This document shows positions 44,189 to 56,600 of a stretch of DNA of 64,000 bases, in pieces. Source of the stretch: Nitrospirales bacterium. Its GTDB lineage: Bacteria > Nitrospirota > Nitrospiria > Nitrospirales > UBA8639. The DNA lies in the NCBI GenBank assembly GCA_965203295.1, contig CBDBCZ010000016.1:352001-416000 (forward strand), given 5' to 3'. The stretch's first letter is position 1, and the number at the start of each line of letters is the position of its first letter. A program made the position numbers and the translations under genes. The notes under the pieces are model-generated. The model was not told the origin of the DNA. It made no database searches and saw only the letters and a list, made by a program, of their open reading frames with translations.

Positions 44189-45027
44189 GTGGATGACGTG
44201 TACACTCCCTCAGTGTTTGACACCTTCCAGTACCTTTTTGGCAAGGACCCCGCCTCCAATGGGACCCCTGGCTTCTTCCAATGGAAGCCCATCTCGTACC
44301 AGTCTGGTGGTCGCAAGTCTACCAAGTCGCAGCAGGCTAACGTAGCCTATGCCAGTAATGAGACTCTAGTGGAACATGCCACCATCGCTCGTGGACTGGC
44401 CAGTGCTCTGTTTGAACCTTCCACTATCAGTAACGTGACTCTGCTGTACATAGTGTTTGGGACCTCAGGGGATGACACCTATAACCAGTCCGAATACATG
44501 ACCTGGTGAGGCCGACACTAGATGCTATCAGAGTCTTCTGAAGAGGGATATGTGTTAAGGTGGCCGTAAGGCTGACTCAGTATGGGGGCCGGTTGCTATA
44601 CTGTAAGGTGTAGCTTAGCTACAGTATACTTCTCCCCTCCTCCCCTTCTCATGCCCTCCCCCTCTCCTCCCTCCCTTCCCCCTCCCCTCCTCCCTCCCCC
44701 CGCTCCCCCTCTCCTCCCTCCCCCTCCTCCCTCCCCTTCTCCTCCTCCCTCCTCCCTCCCCTTCTCTTCCCCTCCCCCTCCTCCCTCCCCCCCCCCCCCC
44801 CCCCCCCTCCCTCTCCTCCCAGGACTGCTGTCACGGGCTATGTTGGAGTGCCCCACGACAGTCTGTCGATGCTGGTGATCATCACCATCATCCTCGGTCT
44901 GGGCATCCCTGTCATAGTCATTCTGGTGGGAGGGGGCTATGTGGTGTATCATAGGAAGCCCTGGCAGAACGTTGTGAGATGGGTGACCACTGTTAGGGGA
45001 AGGAGGGGATACACAACATTAAACTAA
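44189..45027 (+). pseudogene. GLMP: GLMP/NCU-G1 lysosomal membrane protein, 3' two exons only (5'-truncated)
   Basis: 44189-44505 reads VDDVYTPSVF...GFFQWKPISY...FGTSGDDTYNQSEYMTW. Exon 44823-45027 has a TM segment LVIITIILGLGIPVIVILVGGGY and ends GYTTLN (YxxPhi signal). No upstream exons found. Confidence 0.75.
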
Positions 45028-45417
45028 CTGATTTGAGTGATGTATATTCAATTTCACCAGTTTTGATGTGAGTGCAAATTTCATTTAGGATAGTTGCTGG
45101 TTTCAGGGATTGTGCTGAGATGTACAGCAGAGCAAGGCTGAACTTTTGGGAGTAACCACTACGATGGCAGCAAAATAAAATATTAGTCCGATTTTTTTAG
45201 TATCTATACACTTACAGAATCCCAAGGACGTGATATCCTATACAGTTGTAGGGTATGCAGGTCATTGGAACCAAGGGACGGGTCCTGCAGGGCACGTGAG
45301 TGAATCAGCGAATGGGTGGGGCTGGAGCTTGCAGGGCACGTGAGTGAATAAGGAGTGGGTGGGGGCTGGAGCTCTGCCCACTATTTGTACCGCTTACTGT
45401 TTACCGAATCAGGGAAG

Positions 45418-47504
45418 ATGAAGATCCTCGGCAAACTGCCCGCGAGGGTTGTTGTGCATGCTAGCGCCCTGGAGATGGTGTTCACTATCCTCCTCTGCCA
45501 CGGGCTGGCTGTCGGGTGCGGCCACGTGAAGGCCTGGCTTCCCATGATCAGCGACTGCGCTGTTCTAGCGCCGGAGAAGTATCCTTTCCGCCTTGGTTTC
45601 GTTGTGGGGGCGGTGCTCATAGCCGTGCAAGCCGTGGTGATCAGCTACGCGGACGGGAGTCCTGCCAGGAGCAAGGTTTCTCTGGCACTGGGAGCGGTGT
45701 CGGCTTTCTGTCTGGCAGTGGTGGGGGTTGTCAACGAGGATGAATGCAACCCCGTGCACAGTGGTAGGGTTTGTTTGCATGTGTTGTGTTACTGCAAGGC
45801 TGAATCACATCTCTCTGAGATTGTATTAATTTTCTTATGCAGGGGCAGCTGTCATATTCTTTGTGCTGTATGAAGTCAACATGGCTATGAGCACCGCCCC
45901 CACAACGAAACCAAGGCGGAACATATCTAAAAAATGGACGTACTGCCAGAAGTGCTACGTTTTGCGATTTCCAAAGCGTGCTCTACTGGAATGAAGCTGT
46001 CATGGACCGTGTGGGAAAACGGTGATTACACTGGAATAAAGCTCTTCTGGAAGCCAGAAGAGTCAACAAACGGAGGTCGTTCTGATGATCCGGCTTCTCG
46101 GTCCACTGCACTGACACATCGAAAAAAGAAGAAACCCTCCCCATCTACCCAGCGTAGGAATGCCCGCCGGCGTGAGTCTTTTCTTAACAGCAAGAAAATG
46201 GAGGAAAATAACCCTGGGTCGAGGATTGGAGACTCTCAGCCTTCCCTTCTATCTAATGCCCACCCCACCGTTTCTCCCCCTACGGATGTAAGTCCTAAGA
46301 CCGTCATTGCTGGAGATAGGAACTCAGAGTTGGATTTGTCTACTTGCACTGTAGTTGAGTTTGAGCAGCAGGGTGAAATACCAGGTGTGAAATTCACCAC
46401 CGCCTCTGGAGATGAAGGATGGACTCCTGTAGTGTCCAAGAGGCGGAAGAAGTGTGTATCAGCAACCAGCCTGAGGTCTGCTGAATGTTCAGAGTCCAGT
46501 GACGATGAATTACAATCTTTGAAGTCAGCCAGGAGTGTTAGGTATGAAGAACGTGGTGGTGCCCCTGGCTTGCTTGTCCGGAGAGGGTGTACCATGAGTA
46601 GTAGGAAATGGAGTGCTATAGTCCCAAGCCCTATTGCCACTAGAACCCGAACAAGAGTTAAACATAATGTGTAAATTCATGGATCATAATTATTTGTCTC
46701 ATAGGTCATCTTTATTCCCATTAATCTGTACAGATTTCCACATTGTTTTTGTAGGATATAAATTATGCATGTCTCATGGGTCAAATTTGGCCCTCTGCCC
46801 TTGGGGCGTGACTATAAAAATTTATCTATCTATCTATCATGGTGGTCCTAACCTGGTACTCCCCTTTGGGAGGAGGCGAAGGCCGCATCCGATGGTCCCA
46901 TGTGTTGAGACAGCTGTGAGCCATTATAGCCGGGGTGGCTCTAGTGGCTTTTATAGTTATGAGTATCCTTCCAACTTCCCTCAGTTGCATGCACATTATA
47001 CACGTGTACATGTATAGCTAGGTGCATTATTTATCTATCATAATCTATCTATCTATATTATACACGTGTACATGTGTAGGTGTTGTATTGCAATGCTCAG
47101 TCATAGGTTCTGATGCCTTGACAACCTTTCCTTACCAGGCACCAACTGGGGCAAATATTCTCTGCCTATCGCGATCTGTGAATGGTGAGCCAATGTTGAG
47201 CCTAGCCTGAAGTGAAACTCATTCCACTCACCCCATGGTTATTTTAGATAATGTATACATGCATGTATAGCAAAGAGCTTTTAGTTGTTGCAAACTATGG
47301 CTTAATATGGTAGTGTTTTCCACCTTGTTTCATACTGTATCTGAAGATGTTGTGGATATAATCTTGTTGGTCTACTGCAGGACTGGTACCTTCTGTATCA
47401 TCCTCTTCAACTGGAGTTTCGCAGGTGACCTGGAAGTCTACAGCATTGATGAAGTCAAGGATAGTCCAGACTCAGAACAATTGCAACAAAAACTCCCCCT
47501 GTGA
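45418..47504 (+). pseudogene. DRAM/TMEM150 (Frag1/DRAM/Sfk1) family gene 1, disrupted
   Basis: Exon 1 45418-45763 (GHVKAWLPMISDCAVLAPEKYPF); exon 2 starts 45843 (AAVIFFVLYEVNM) and breaks at ~45888; last exon 47381-47504. Confidence 0.7.
45934..46674 (+). CDS. Uncharacterised 246-aa ORF inside an insertion in DRAM gene 1 (probably mobile-element derived)
   Basis: Intact ATG ORF with a basic KKKKPSPSTQRRNARRR motif and two similar C-terminal modules; followed by TATAAAAA and a (TATC)n tail at ~46813-46838. Confidence 0.55.
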   Translation: MDVLPEVLRFAISKACSTGMKLSWTVWENGDYTGIKLFWKPEESTNGGRSDDPASRSTALTHRKKKKPSPSTQRRNARRRESFLNSKKMEENNPGSRIGDSQPSLLSNAHPTVSPPTDVSPKTVIAGDRNSELDLSTCTVVEFEQQGEIPGVKFTTASGDEGWTPVVSKRRKKCVSATSLRSAECSESSDDELQSLKSARSVRYEERGGAPGLLVRRGCTMSSRKWSAIVPSPIATRTRTRVKHNV

Positions 47505-47733
47505 AAGCTGTGTTTTTTATACTATTAATGAAATTGGCATTAAATTTGGCAGCGGGGAGAATTGTCATTAATTTTGTTAAGCGCGATGCGCTGCGGGGCG
47601 CCGGACCGTACCGGCCGGCACCGGGCGGTACGCGGTCACATGATACAGCGAGCCCCTCCTAGCCTAGGCGCCTCCTGTACTGTAGATCGATCCTCCTCAC
47701 ATGCACATTGCATAATATTGCATTCTGCCCGCA

Positions 47734-48665
47734 ATGGTAGCACTGGGAAAGGTAGCCTTCAAAACTTTGCTATTAGCAGGGGCCCTTGAGATGACTGCGG
47801 TCATCTTCCTCTGCTATGGGCTGGCAATCAAAGAAGGCCACGAGAAACCGTTCCTGCCCACCATCAGCGCTTGCGGGGACCGACCGCCGGAGATGTATAT
47901 CTTCAGGCTGGGCGTCGCGGTGGGCTCCGTTCTGATAGCCGCGGCGTCCCTGGCCATCTACAGCTCGGACAAGCCCTACTCGGGGTCTGTGGTGAACCTG
48001 ATCGTGGGACTGGCGGCTGCCTTCGGGCTGGGCGTGGTGGCGGTCGTTAGTGACCGGGAGGTGGATTTGGTGCACAAAGGTACTCGGTGACTGTTGCACA
48101 GTACACGCACCTTGCATGCAGAGCAGTGGTCATAATCAATTGCAGGCTAAAAAATGTTCTGATCGAAATTTAATATTAAGTGCTGAAGGCTAGCAGTACA
48201 CTGTGTGGTGAGCTAATATCGACATTCCTTTTTTCCTCTGCAGTGTCAGCAGTTACATTCTTTGTCTTGGAGAATTTTCTAATGATCCTAATAACAAAAC
48301 AGTCAACTCTGAGCGTGTCGTGCCCCTCCTTCACCATCAAGGTCTTCTGCTCCGTTGTGGGGACAGTGGCCACAGCACTGAGGCGTATCCTATATTATAC
48401 AACAATAGTACTGTAGTCTATTGCAAGGTATATATCAGAGTGCAGGGAAGATATATAGTTAGTGAGGTACTAGTGTATACGTAGTTCTGAGTGCACATGA
48501 ATGCTGACCACTGTCGTTGATGGCCAGTGCATGAGTGTACCAGTACTGTTATGGAGCTTGCATGTGTGTTGTTCCTTATCTGATGGTAGTGAATATTCTG
48601 TTTGGGCACAGCGCTAGCCACTACTTCACCACTTCAGACTTCCCCGTCCTTGCTGTGGCGGAGTG
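47734..48665 (+). CDS. DRAM/TMEM150 family gene 2 (3' end unresolved)
   Basis: Exon 1 47734-48079 (GHEKPFLPTISACGDRPPEMYIF), exon 2 from 48244 (SAVTFFVLENFLM), probable exon ~48612-48665 (FPVLAVAEW). The exon 2/3 phase and the last exon could not be resolved. Confidence 0.7.
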
Positions 48666-50504
48666 GTGAGTGGATAAGAATAGCCTGCTCTGACCCTGCA
48701 GCTGGGGAATATATCAGTGGTGTGGGGACAGACCGGGCATGCTACAATAGCAGTGAGGTTTTGAATCACCATGGCAACCTCATTCCCACTCACGCATGCA
48801 GCTTCTGTGCTTCAGTGTTCCATACTGGCGGCATGTGAGCATGTGATTGTACACTATAATATGCAACGGAGAATACTGTCATTTACATCATTGCCAAAAA
48901 TTAATATGCATTTGAAGGGCTGAGAACCAGAGTGGTCTAACCTAATAACTTCCACCTCCCAAACTTGAGATAAAAATGTAATTTATACACTGCAAAAAAA
49001 AAAATGTTTTTGACTACTGAGTGATACCCGATCTGGGTAGCTATGGATGTAGGAGTTAGACCACAAAGTGGTGATTTGTTACTCCTATAAGATATTTGGC
49101 ATTTATACAAATTATGTACAAATTGTGAGTCTTTTATCTACATGGGACTCAACATTCCAAATGGAGGAGGTTCTAGGAGCCTGAGGTTCCTGGAACCTTC
49201 TCCAGTTACTGAGTCACATGTTACATGTATATATAGTGATGAAAGACCCACAAAAATGTATGACGTGTATTCAAAACACCACTTTCAGGTCTAACTCCTA
49301 CATACACTGTCATCTGCAATTCAGGTAGCCACTAAGTACATAGTCAACATATTCTTTGCAGTGAAGAGCTAGTTACTCAAAAGTTAAGACTTTCATCATA
49401 ATTGTCACACTCATGCACTTTTAAATTGATTTTGTACAAATTATGCACTTTTCAGTGCTTGATTTTGGGTTGGCCCAATGTGTAAAGTCTTGCATAGAAC
49501 TGCAGTGGGAGGCTTGTAAGGTGTCCCATTTTCCCTTGCTCGTTCAGGACAGACACCTTTGTTATCATCGGGTTCTACCTCAGCTTGTCTATAGACTTCC
49601 CTGGCTATTACCTGGGTGTGGTCAGAGAGGAGGGAGTGGGGCGGGGCAAGGAGGAGTAGGAGGCGAGGCTTAAGAGGAGCTGGGAGAAAGAGACTATTGA
49701 GGAGTAATTGAACTTTTTTATTGCGTACTAATAATCTTGAACTTTTTATTGTTAATTTGTGTACTAACAATCTTGTCGAAAGTATGAATGAGGGTGCGCA
49801 CTAATTATTTATTTTATTTGTGCACAGAAATCTAGGAATATTATCTGCTTAGATACATTATTTTATGCATTCTATTGTCGGAAGTGTTGTAGAAATTAAT
49901 TATTGTTGATTGTCTATGTACAAGTACTGTATAATATCAGTCACTGTAGGTATAGGAATGGAATGTGGACCTAACGTTGAGCGCGCATACTGGCGTTGGA
50001 ATGGAATCATCGAGTATGGGTATTGGACGCGAACGCAGTGCAGTTCAAGTAATTTGCAGTGGAAGATGTAGCGAGCGTAGACGAGAGGAGCAGTCAATCC
50101 AGCGCTGATTGTGTTGTGTACAAGCGTGCATTCTAACGGCCGAGGTAAGCTGGTTAGGACGGCACGGAGTGTGGCTGTTGTACAATATTCCAAATAAAGC
50201 CTCCTTGATTTTCTCCTCTCATTTCAGGTCCAGCTTACTTCAGGTCTTGTCGGACCAACTACCACCCACGCCCAACTAGTCACACAATCAAGTGCGTTCA
50301 TCATTGTTTGTATGGAATATTTTTCTAGGACCAATGTGGGCCCATGCGTGCTGGCTTGGATCGCGGGGTGGGTAGAATTTTACATTATTTTGTAATTTAT
50401 CCCTGCTAATAGTAGGGGACGCGGAGTGGCCCCCCCACACTCCGCTTCCCCTTCGTATACAGAAGGGAGCGCGGAGTGGCCCCCCCACTCCGCTTTCCCT
50501 ACTA

Positions 50505-50885
50505 CCGTATTGTCCCGAGCAAGCGCCCACCCCTGTGTAAGCGCCCACCCCCCAGTTTTGATAAGCCTATTGTCTGGGAGGCTCCTCCGTGTAAGCGCCC
50601 ACCTTGTATTCATACCAGTATTACACAATACTATGCAATACACTAACTGCCCATGCAGTGGCTAGGCTTCCTGTGGAGTACTACTGAAGCTTTACAAGGG
50701 GTAAGTGCATGCATTCTTTCCAATGGCTTCATGGTAGTAGCTGAAGCAGTACAAGTAAGTGGAGGGTGGGCCCTTACACAGTGGTAACTGAGTAGTTCAA
50801 AGGGCTCCTCTGTGTAAGCGCCCACCCATAATTTTTCTAGCGTGAGCTGCAAGCGCCCATGGGCGCTTGCTCGGGACAATACGGT
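50505..50885. mobile_element. pogo-type MITE inserted in the subterminal repeats of element A
   Basis: TA|CCGTATTGTCCCGAGCAAGCGCCCA ... TGGGCGCTTGCTCGGGACAATACGG|TA. Confidence 0.85.
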
Positions 50886-51185
50886 AGTACTGTAGGGGAT
50901 GCGCAGTGGCCCCCCCACTCCGCTTCCCCTACTAGTACTGTAGGGAATGCGCAGTGGCCCCCCCCACTTATGGCAGGGGGTGCACAGTGGCCCCCCACTC
51001 TGTGTCCCCATGTGTATTTTCCCAGCTAATGAAATGATAAACTTTGCGATAAAAATATGATAAACTTTGTGATGTACACCAAATCACGATGGTTGTAAAT
51101 GCAACATTATCTCAGCAAGTGTGATTTTATGCATACATTGTACACTGCATGGTAGATACAAATGTGTGTAATGCATGTAAAATAG

Positions 51186-51895
51186 CTACAAACAATAGAT
51201 ACAAAGCCACTTTGCGCCACTATCGGAGAACACAGCGGGTGGTATGTTCTCACAGTCCTGGTGATACCAACGCTTGCATTTGCTGCACTCGGCCATACTT
51301 CGAGACTTGGATGTCTTTTTCCACGGAAGACGACACTTGCAATGCACAGACACTGCACACTCTGACTTGATGCGTCGCTTTGTACGGACTGGCTTGTCGG
51401 AGTCTGGAAAGACGACCATATCACGGTTTTCCAAGCAGCAGATGAAGTGCTCTCGCATTTGCGATTGTTCTTTAACGTGAGCAGCTGGATCTTCGCCATG
51501 ACGCAGGCTCACAGCTGTGGAAACAGCGAACAGGCCACAGTCGGCACCCCCATTCTGACGCTGCATGTTCACCATGCGTAAAGTTATTCTCTCTGCTGGT
51601 GAGCGAAGAATGGCAGCTACTTGCTCTTTCAGGGTGTAGCATGGAGTTGCGTATAGACTGTCGTAGACGTCTACCTCGTCAGGTTTGCAGTTGAGGTTGC
51701 TCACACACACCCAGTGAGTATTGCTCAGGTTAACAATCTGCACGAAGTTATCAGCACTGCAGCTGTAGTGCAAATCAGCCACGTCTACTGTGTTCTGAAG
51801 TCCATTCTGCTGTGAAAACTTCTGTTTCAAAAGAGCCTGTGCAGCGGCGATATGCTGCTGTAGTAGCCATGAGCCGGAGAGAATGGGGTTGGTAC
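51186..51895 (-). pseudogene. Ulp1/C48-like cysteine protease plus PHD finger (3' end of element A ORF)
   Basis: THWVCV...VYDSL...QRQNGGADCGLF (His-Asp-Gln-Cys), then CKC...MAECSKCKRWYHQDC...WLCIYC (PHD). Confidence 0.85.
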
Positions 51896-51924
51896 AAAAT
51901 GACACTCTTTTATTTTTTCTCCTG

Positions 51925-52550
51925 TATTATACAGGGGAGAAAGAGTGTGGGGCACACTCTTTGTTCTCCTGTATATATACAGGGGACAAATAGTGTGGGC
52001 ACACTCTTCATCCCCTGTATATATACAGGGGATTAAAATAGTGTGAACACACTCTTCATCCCCTGTATATATACAGGGGACAAACAGTGTGGGGCACACT
52101 CTTCATCCCCTGTATATATACAGGGAAGTAAAGAGTGCAGGCCACACTCTGTATATATACAGGGGACAAACAGTGTGGGCACACTCTTCATCCCCTGTAT
52201 ATATACAGGGGATTAAAATAGTGTGAACACACTCTTCATCCCCTGTATATATACAGGGGACAAACAGTGTGGGGCACACTCTTCATCCCCTGTATATATA
52301 CAGGGGACAAACAGTGTGGGGCACACTCTTCATCCCCTGTATATATACAGGGGACAAACAGTGTGGGGCACACTCTTCATCCCCTGTATATATACAGGGA
52401 AGTAAAGAGTGCAGGCCACACTCTTTATCCCCTGTTCCCCAATATATACAGGGTATGTATTGGGGGAAAACTGTGCAGGCACACCCTGTAGTTATACAGG
52501 AATAAAAGAGTGTGGCCTCCACTCTTTACTTCTCTGTATATATACAGGGA
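51925..52550. repeat. ~47-bp palindromic subterminal tandem repeats of element B
   Basis: Unit TATACAGGGGACAAACAGTGTGGGGCACACTCTTCATCCCCTGTATA; further copies at 55520-55610. Confidence 0.9.
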
Positions 52551-52649
52551 CCAATAGTGTAGGAATGAATTCGTGATAATTGAACTGGCGATATGGAAAC
52601 CGTTATCACATTTCAGTGTTGTATAGTCAGTGACATGCAAATAGTGTGC

Positions 52650-53273
52650 CTACAACTTCAGTTTTAACAGCAGTGGTTGTGGCTGTCTCCGGGTCCTTTT
52701 AACCACTGCGGGGAAAGGAGTCATAAGTTGGTTCTCCAGGCAGTGTGCCAGATGCCCCCTCATCTGTTTCTGGTCGTACTGTAACATGCAAGGTTCGTCT
52801 CCCAGCAGGACAGACATCGCGAATGCTACTGTGAACAACCCACAGTCTTTGCCTCCTCTTTGTACTTGGACTTGCTGCTGCCTGACTGTGAGTTCGCTAG
52901 CCTCGGCGAGGTGGCCGTACAGAGCTGCCAGCTGCTCTCCCAGTGTCGAGCTGATGTACTTGGCCTGCAGGCTGTCGTAGTGGCTGATGCGGCCGTCTGC
53001 CAGCTTGGACAGGGTCCAGTGTCCGTCATGATTATGAAAGTACATGGATCCCTCTGTTGCAGGGCGCAGCTTCTTCAAGTTCAGAGCATACCCAGGGTCT
53101 TGAAATGATGGCAGTTCAGGAAACTGTGTGCGGTATATCGTTGCAGCTGCCATCAGCAACCGAGCATTGAGCTCTCCTCCCTCCAGCAGCCGCTGCTGAT
53201 CGGATGGGAACAGCTTGAGGCTGTCGATCCAGTAAACCGTTGGACTGCAAGGGCTGTCACTGATTGATATCAA
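52650..53273 (-). pseudogene. Ulp1/C48-like protease (3' end of element B ORF)
   Basis: GHWTLS...HYDSL...QVQRGGKDCGLF. Confidence 0.85.
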
Positions 53274-53515
53274 ATCTGGAGATGGATAAATTGCAATTAG
53301 TGAGGCATTGACACTACATTCGCTAGATTAGAGTATAATGTATGCATGTAGTATACGTACCGTCTGTACTGCTCCTGTTGGGAGTACTGGGTGTTTCCAC
53401 AGTCCTTCCTTGTTTGCCTTTTGTGGCAGTTTTGGCTAAGTGGGGAGTTAGAATATATTACATACAACACGACCATTATACGTACAATACAAAAATTGTA
53501 GGTGGGTGCATGTGT

Positions 53516-53635
<120 letters not shown>

Positions 53636-56600
53636 ACTCAGCTTGGAAAGCTGTAATACCTTTCTTGAAGTCCTTGTGCTTGTCTAGTGGTCCATCAGTC
53701 TCTTCGTTCTCATACCGAGCTCTTTTCCGGGACCTGGCTTTGTTGGCTACTGCTGACTGCTTTGCTCGAGCAGCAGGAGTGAGGTCAGCATAGGACGTCT
53801 TGATTCCTTGACTGTTTGCCAGGTGCTCCAGAGATGCAGCCATGTCCTGCTTGTATGTAGACAGGAGAGCCACTTTCAGGATATCAGGAGCAGTACCCTT
53901 GGAGCACCTGTTGTGGGACTCCACAGCATTAGTGGAGTTTGGCAGTGAGTTGAACACCCCCGAGTCCATCTTGGAACAGCGGGCTGCTAGCATTCCTGTC
54001 AAAAGGAGCGATCAGTTGTCATACTATTGACGAAGAGCAAACAAGCGCTAACTTACTGAGATGTTTTGGACGTCTCCACCAGTTCACCCAGTGCTTGGCA
54101 GCTTTCCAAGCTTTGGGAATGTGGTGGAACTTCTCAAGCGTCTTGCTCAGACCACCAACTTCGGTCAGGGCATCGATTTCAGCTTCCCCTGCCAAAACGC
54201 TGAACAGTTTGGAGACCTCTTCTGGTGAATCTGCCTTCGGGATTGCATAGGCTACAGCTGTGAATGCCTTATAGCCCTGAGGGTTTCCCTTGTTCACTCG
54301 CTCGGCCACACGTTTTACTGATCGAGTGAAGTGGACTTGGTTGCCTGTTCAGCTGCCTCCTTCCCAACTGCAGCCTCGAGGCCACCTAGCTGCTGATCGG
54401 ACCAGTCCAAGATGATTCCCTCACCGTTCTGAATTAAGTTAATCAAAACATTGTACATACGTACGTTCTTATGTCTTACCTGACTGAACTGTGGGAAGGG
54501 AGACGCTACGTGGGTCTTCCAGGAAGGCCATCCCAACTTCATTGATGGTAAATGTATTGAACACCATATGCCCCACCAGATTCTGACCTTTTCCAAGGCT
54601 CATATTTCGATCAAGGAACCCAAGCAGCCATGCTTGACGGATGCGGATTCTCCATGACTCAAGTGACAGCTCATGTATAGCTGGGTTGGGAACCTGACCG
54701 GTGACACTTGCTGCCTTCCCGGCACGGATGAGCTCAGCTATCTGCATGGGAATAGTGCGGTATAGCCTAAAGCGAGCGTAGTCACATGTATATATGCACA
54801 TACGCATGTGCACACACACTGTATATATGTGCATATAGGTGGTAAACCTACAAAGTACATACCTTCTTCTCTCCATGACCTCCATAGTCCTTGACAGCAT
54901 TGAGTACGATCTCCATGTGCGCACAGGCATTTGATGACTCTACCTCGTCATGCTGGCAGACGTCACAACACACACCTGTTGTTGACACGTTTGCTGTGTT
55001 GTCTTCAAAATGCTCAAGGATAGTCTTGCGACGGCACTGCCCAGCAAGATCAGCAAGCACAAACCTATACAGTGACCATGCATATACCCATAATACATGT
55101 AACACTGCCTTACAACAAAGGGAATGAGGCTGTAGCTTACCTCCAGCTGTTCTGGAACTCCTTCAGGATATCTGACTGTCGCTCAATGGACTGCTCTGAC
55201 TTGCACCAAAACGCAGCTTTTTGGAGGTCGCTCTCATGGAAGAAGACGGTCCCCGTACATTGACGCCCATCTCTCCCAGCACGGCCGAACTCCTGCACAA
55301 GTTGCTCCAGACTCGGAGGGCACCCCACTCGCAGCACTTTGTCGACATCACTCTGATCGATCCCCATTCCGAATGCAGATGTGCAGACCATGACCCTAAT
55401 ATGCCCCCCACGCCAGTTGTCAATCACCTTCTGCTTGTCATTGGCTGTCATCTTCTCTCCATGGTAGCCACAGCTCTCAAGTCTACATTGGCGGAGGGAA
55501 ATTGCCAGGGGGGCAACATAGTGTGGGCACACTCTTTGTTCTCCTGTATATATACAGGAGAACAAAGAGTGTGCCCACACTATTTGTCCCCTGTATATAT
55601 ACAGGAATAATACAGGAGAAAAAATAAAAGAGTGTCATTTTCTCTACTACCGTGCTACTGCAAGTGGCTCAGGGGCCTTGCCACTCTTTGAGATGCGGTT
55701 GTGGGCTTCAACTGCGTTTGTTGTGTCAGGAAGGAAGGAGAATCGGTCTGGTGCCATACTGGCAAAAACTGGCGATAGCATGGCTATGGGGAAGATTCGG
55801 TAGTAGGTAATTAAATGAGCAGGGTCATGTGACTCGTGTGATTTTACATGCTTATGTCCATGTAGTTAATGTCAACTTTTAATACAGAACTTGACATGGG
55901 AAGTTGTGTTGTAACATACCCATATGCTTTTGTCGTGTCCACCATCCACACCATGCCTCAGCCATCAGCCAGTCCTTGTTGCTTGTCTTCGGTGGGACGT
56001 CGTGCAAGACCTTCTGGCTAGGAAGCAAGACAGCAGCATCCCGAACAGGCTTCGCACCTTTCATGACGTCAAATAATGTCTCGACAGCCTCTTTGCTTTC
56101 CATCTTTGGAATGTTGTAGCCGATGCATTCAAATGCCTGACGCAAGATGGTTGTTTTGCAAACACGCTTTGCCAGCCTCTTCACCGAACGCATGTAGTGA
56201 ACCTAATACACAATGATGATTGACATGAATTGTATAGGAAAGCTTGATGCTAATCACACTTTACCTGGCATCCCTTGCAGACAGCTGCCGCAACGTCTTC
56301 CCCCAGCACCACTCCAAGAGCATTTCTTTGGGTATCGAACCAGTCTGCTACAATTCCTTGGAGACTGACACCTACTTTGAAAGTGGGATGTCTGCTGTGA
56401 ACTGTATCAAACATCACCCTGAAGATCTGCTCATAGGCTTCCTGCGTGATTCTGCTGGTCAGGGCTCGGGCAACAACAATCTCTAAATGTCATACGAGAG
56501 ATTATAACTACGAGTAGCTACCTGCATAGTGTCAAATTACATTTTAGCTGTTAACATCAATATGTTAGCTTACATTTGCAGGTGGAGTAGTCAAATGTGA

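Noticed and set aside
44582..44952. Pro-rich and Gly/Glu-rich ORFs
   Set aside because: Low-complexity C/T tract in the GLMP intron.
51925..52550. 47-bp palindromic array as CRISPR, and its short ORFs as genes
   Set aside because: Units are contiguous with no spacers and lie inside a transposon TIR.
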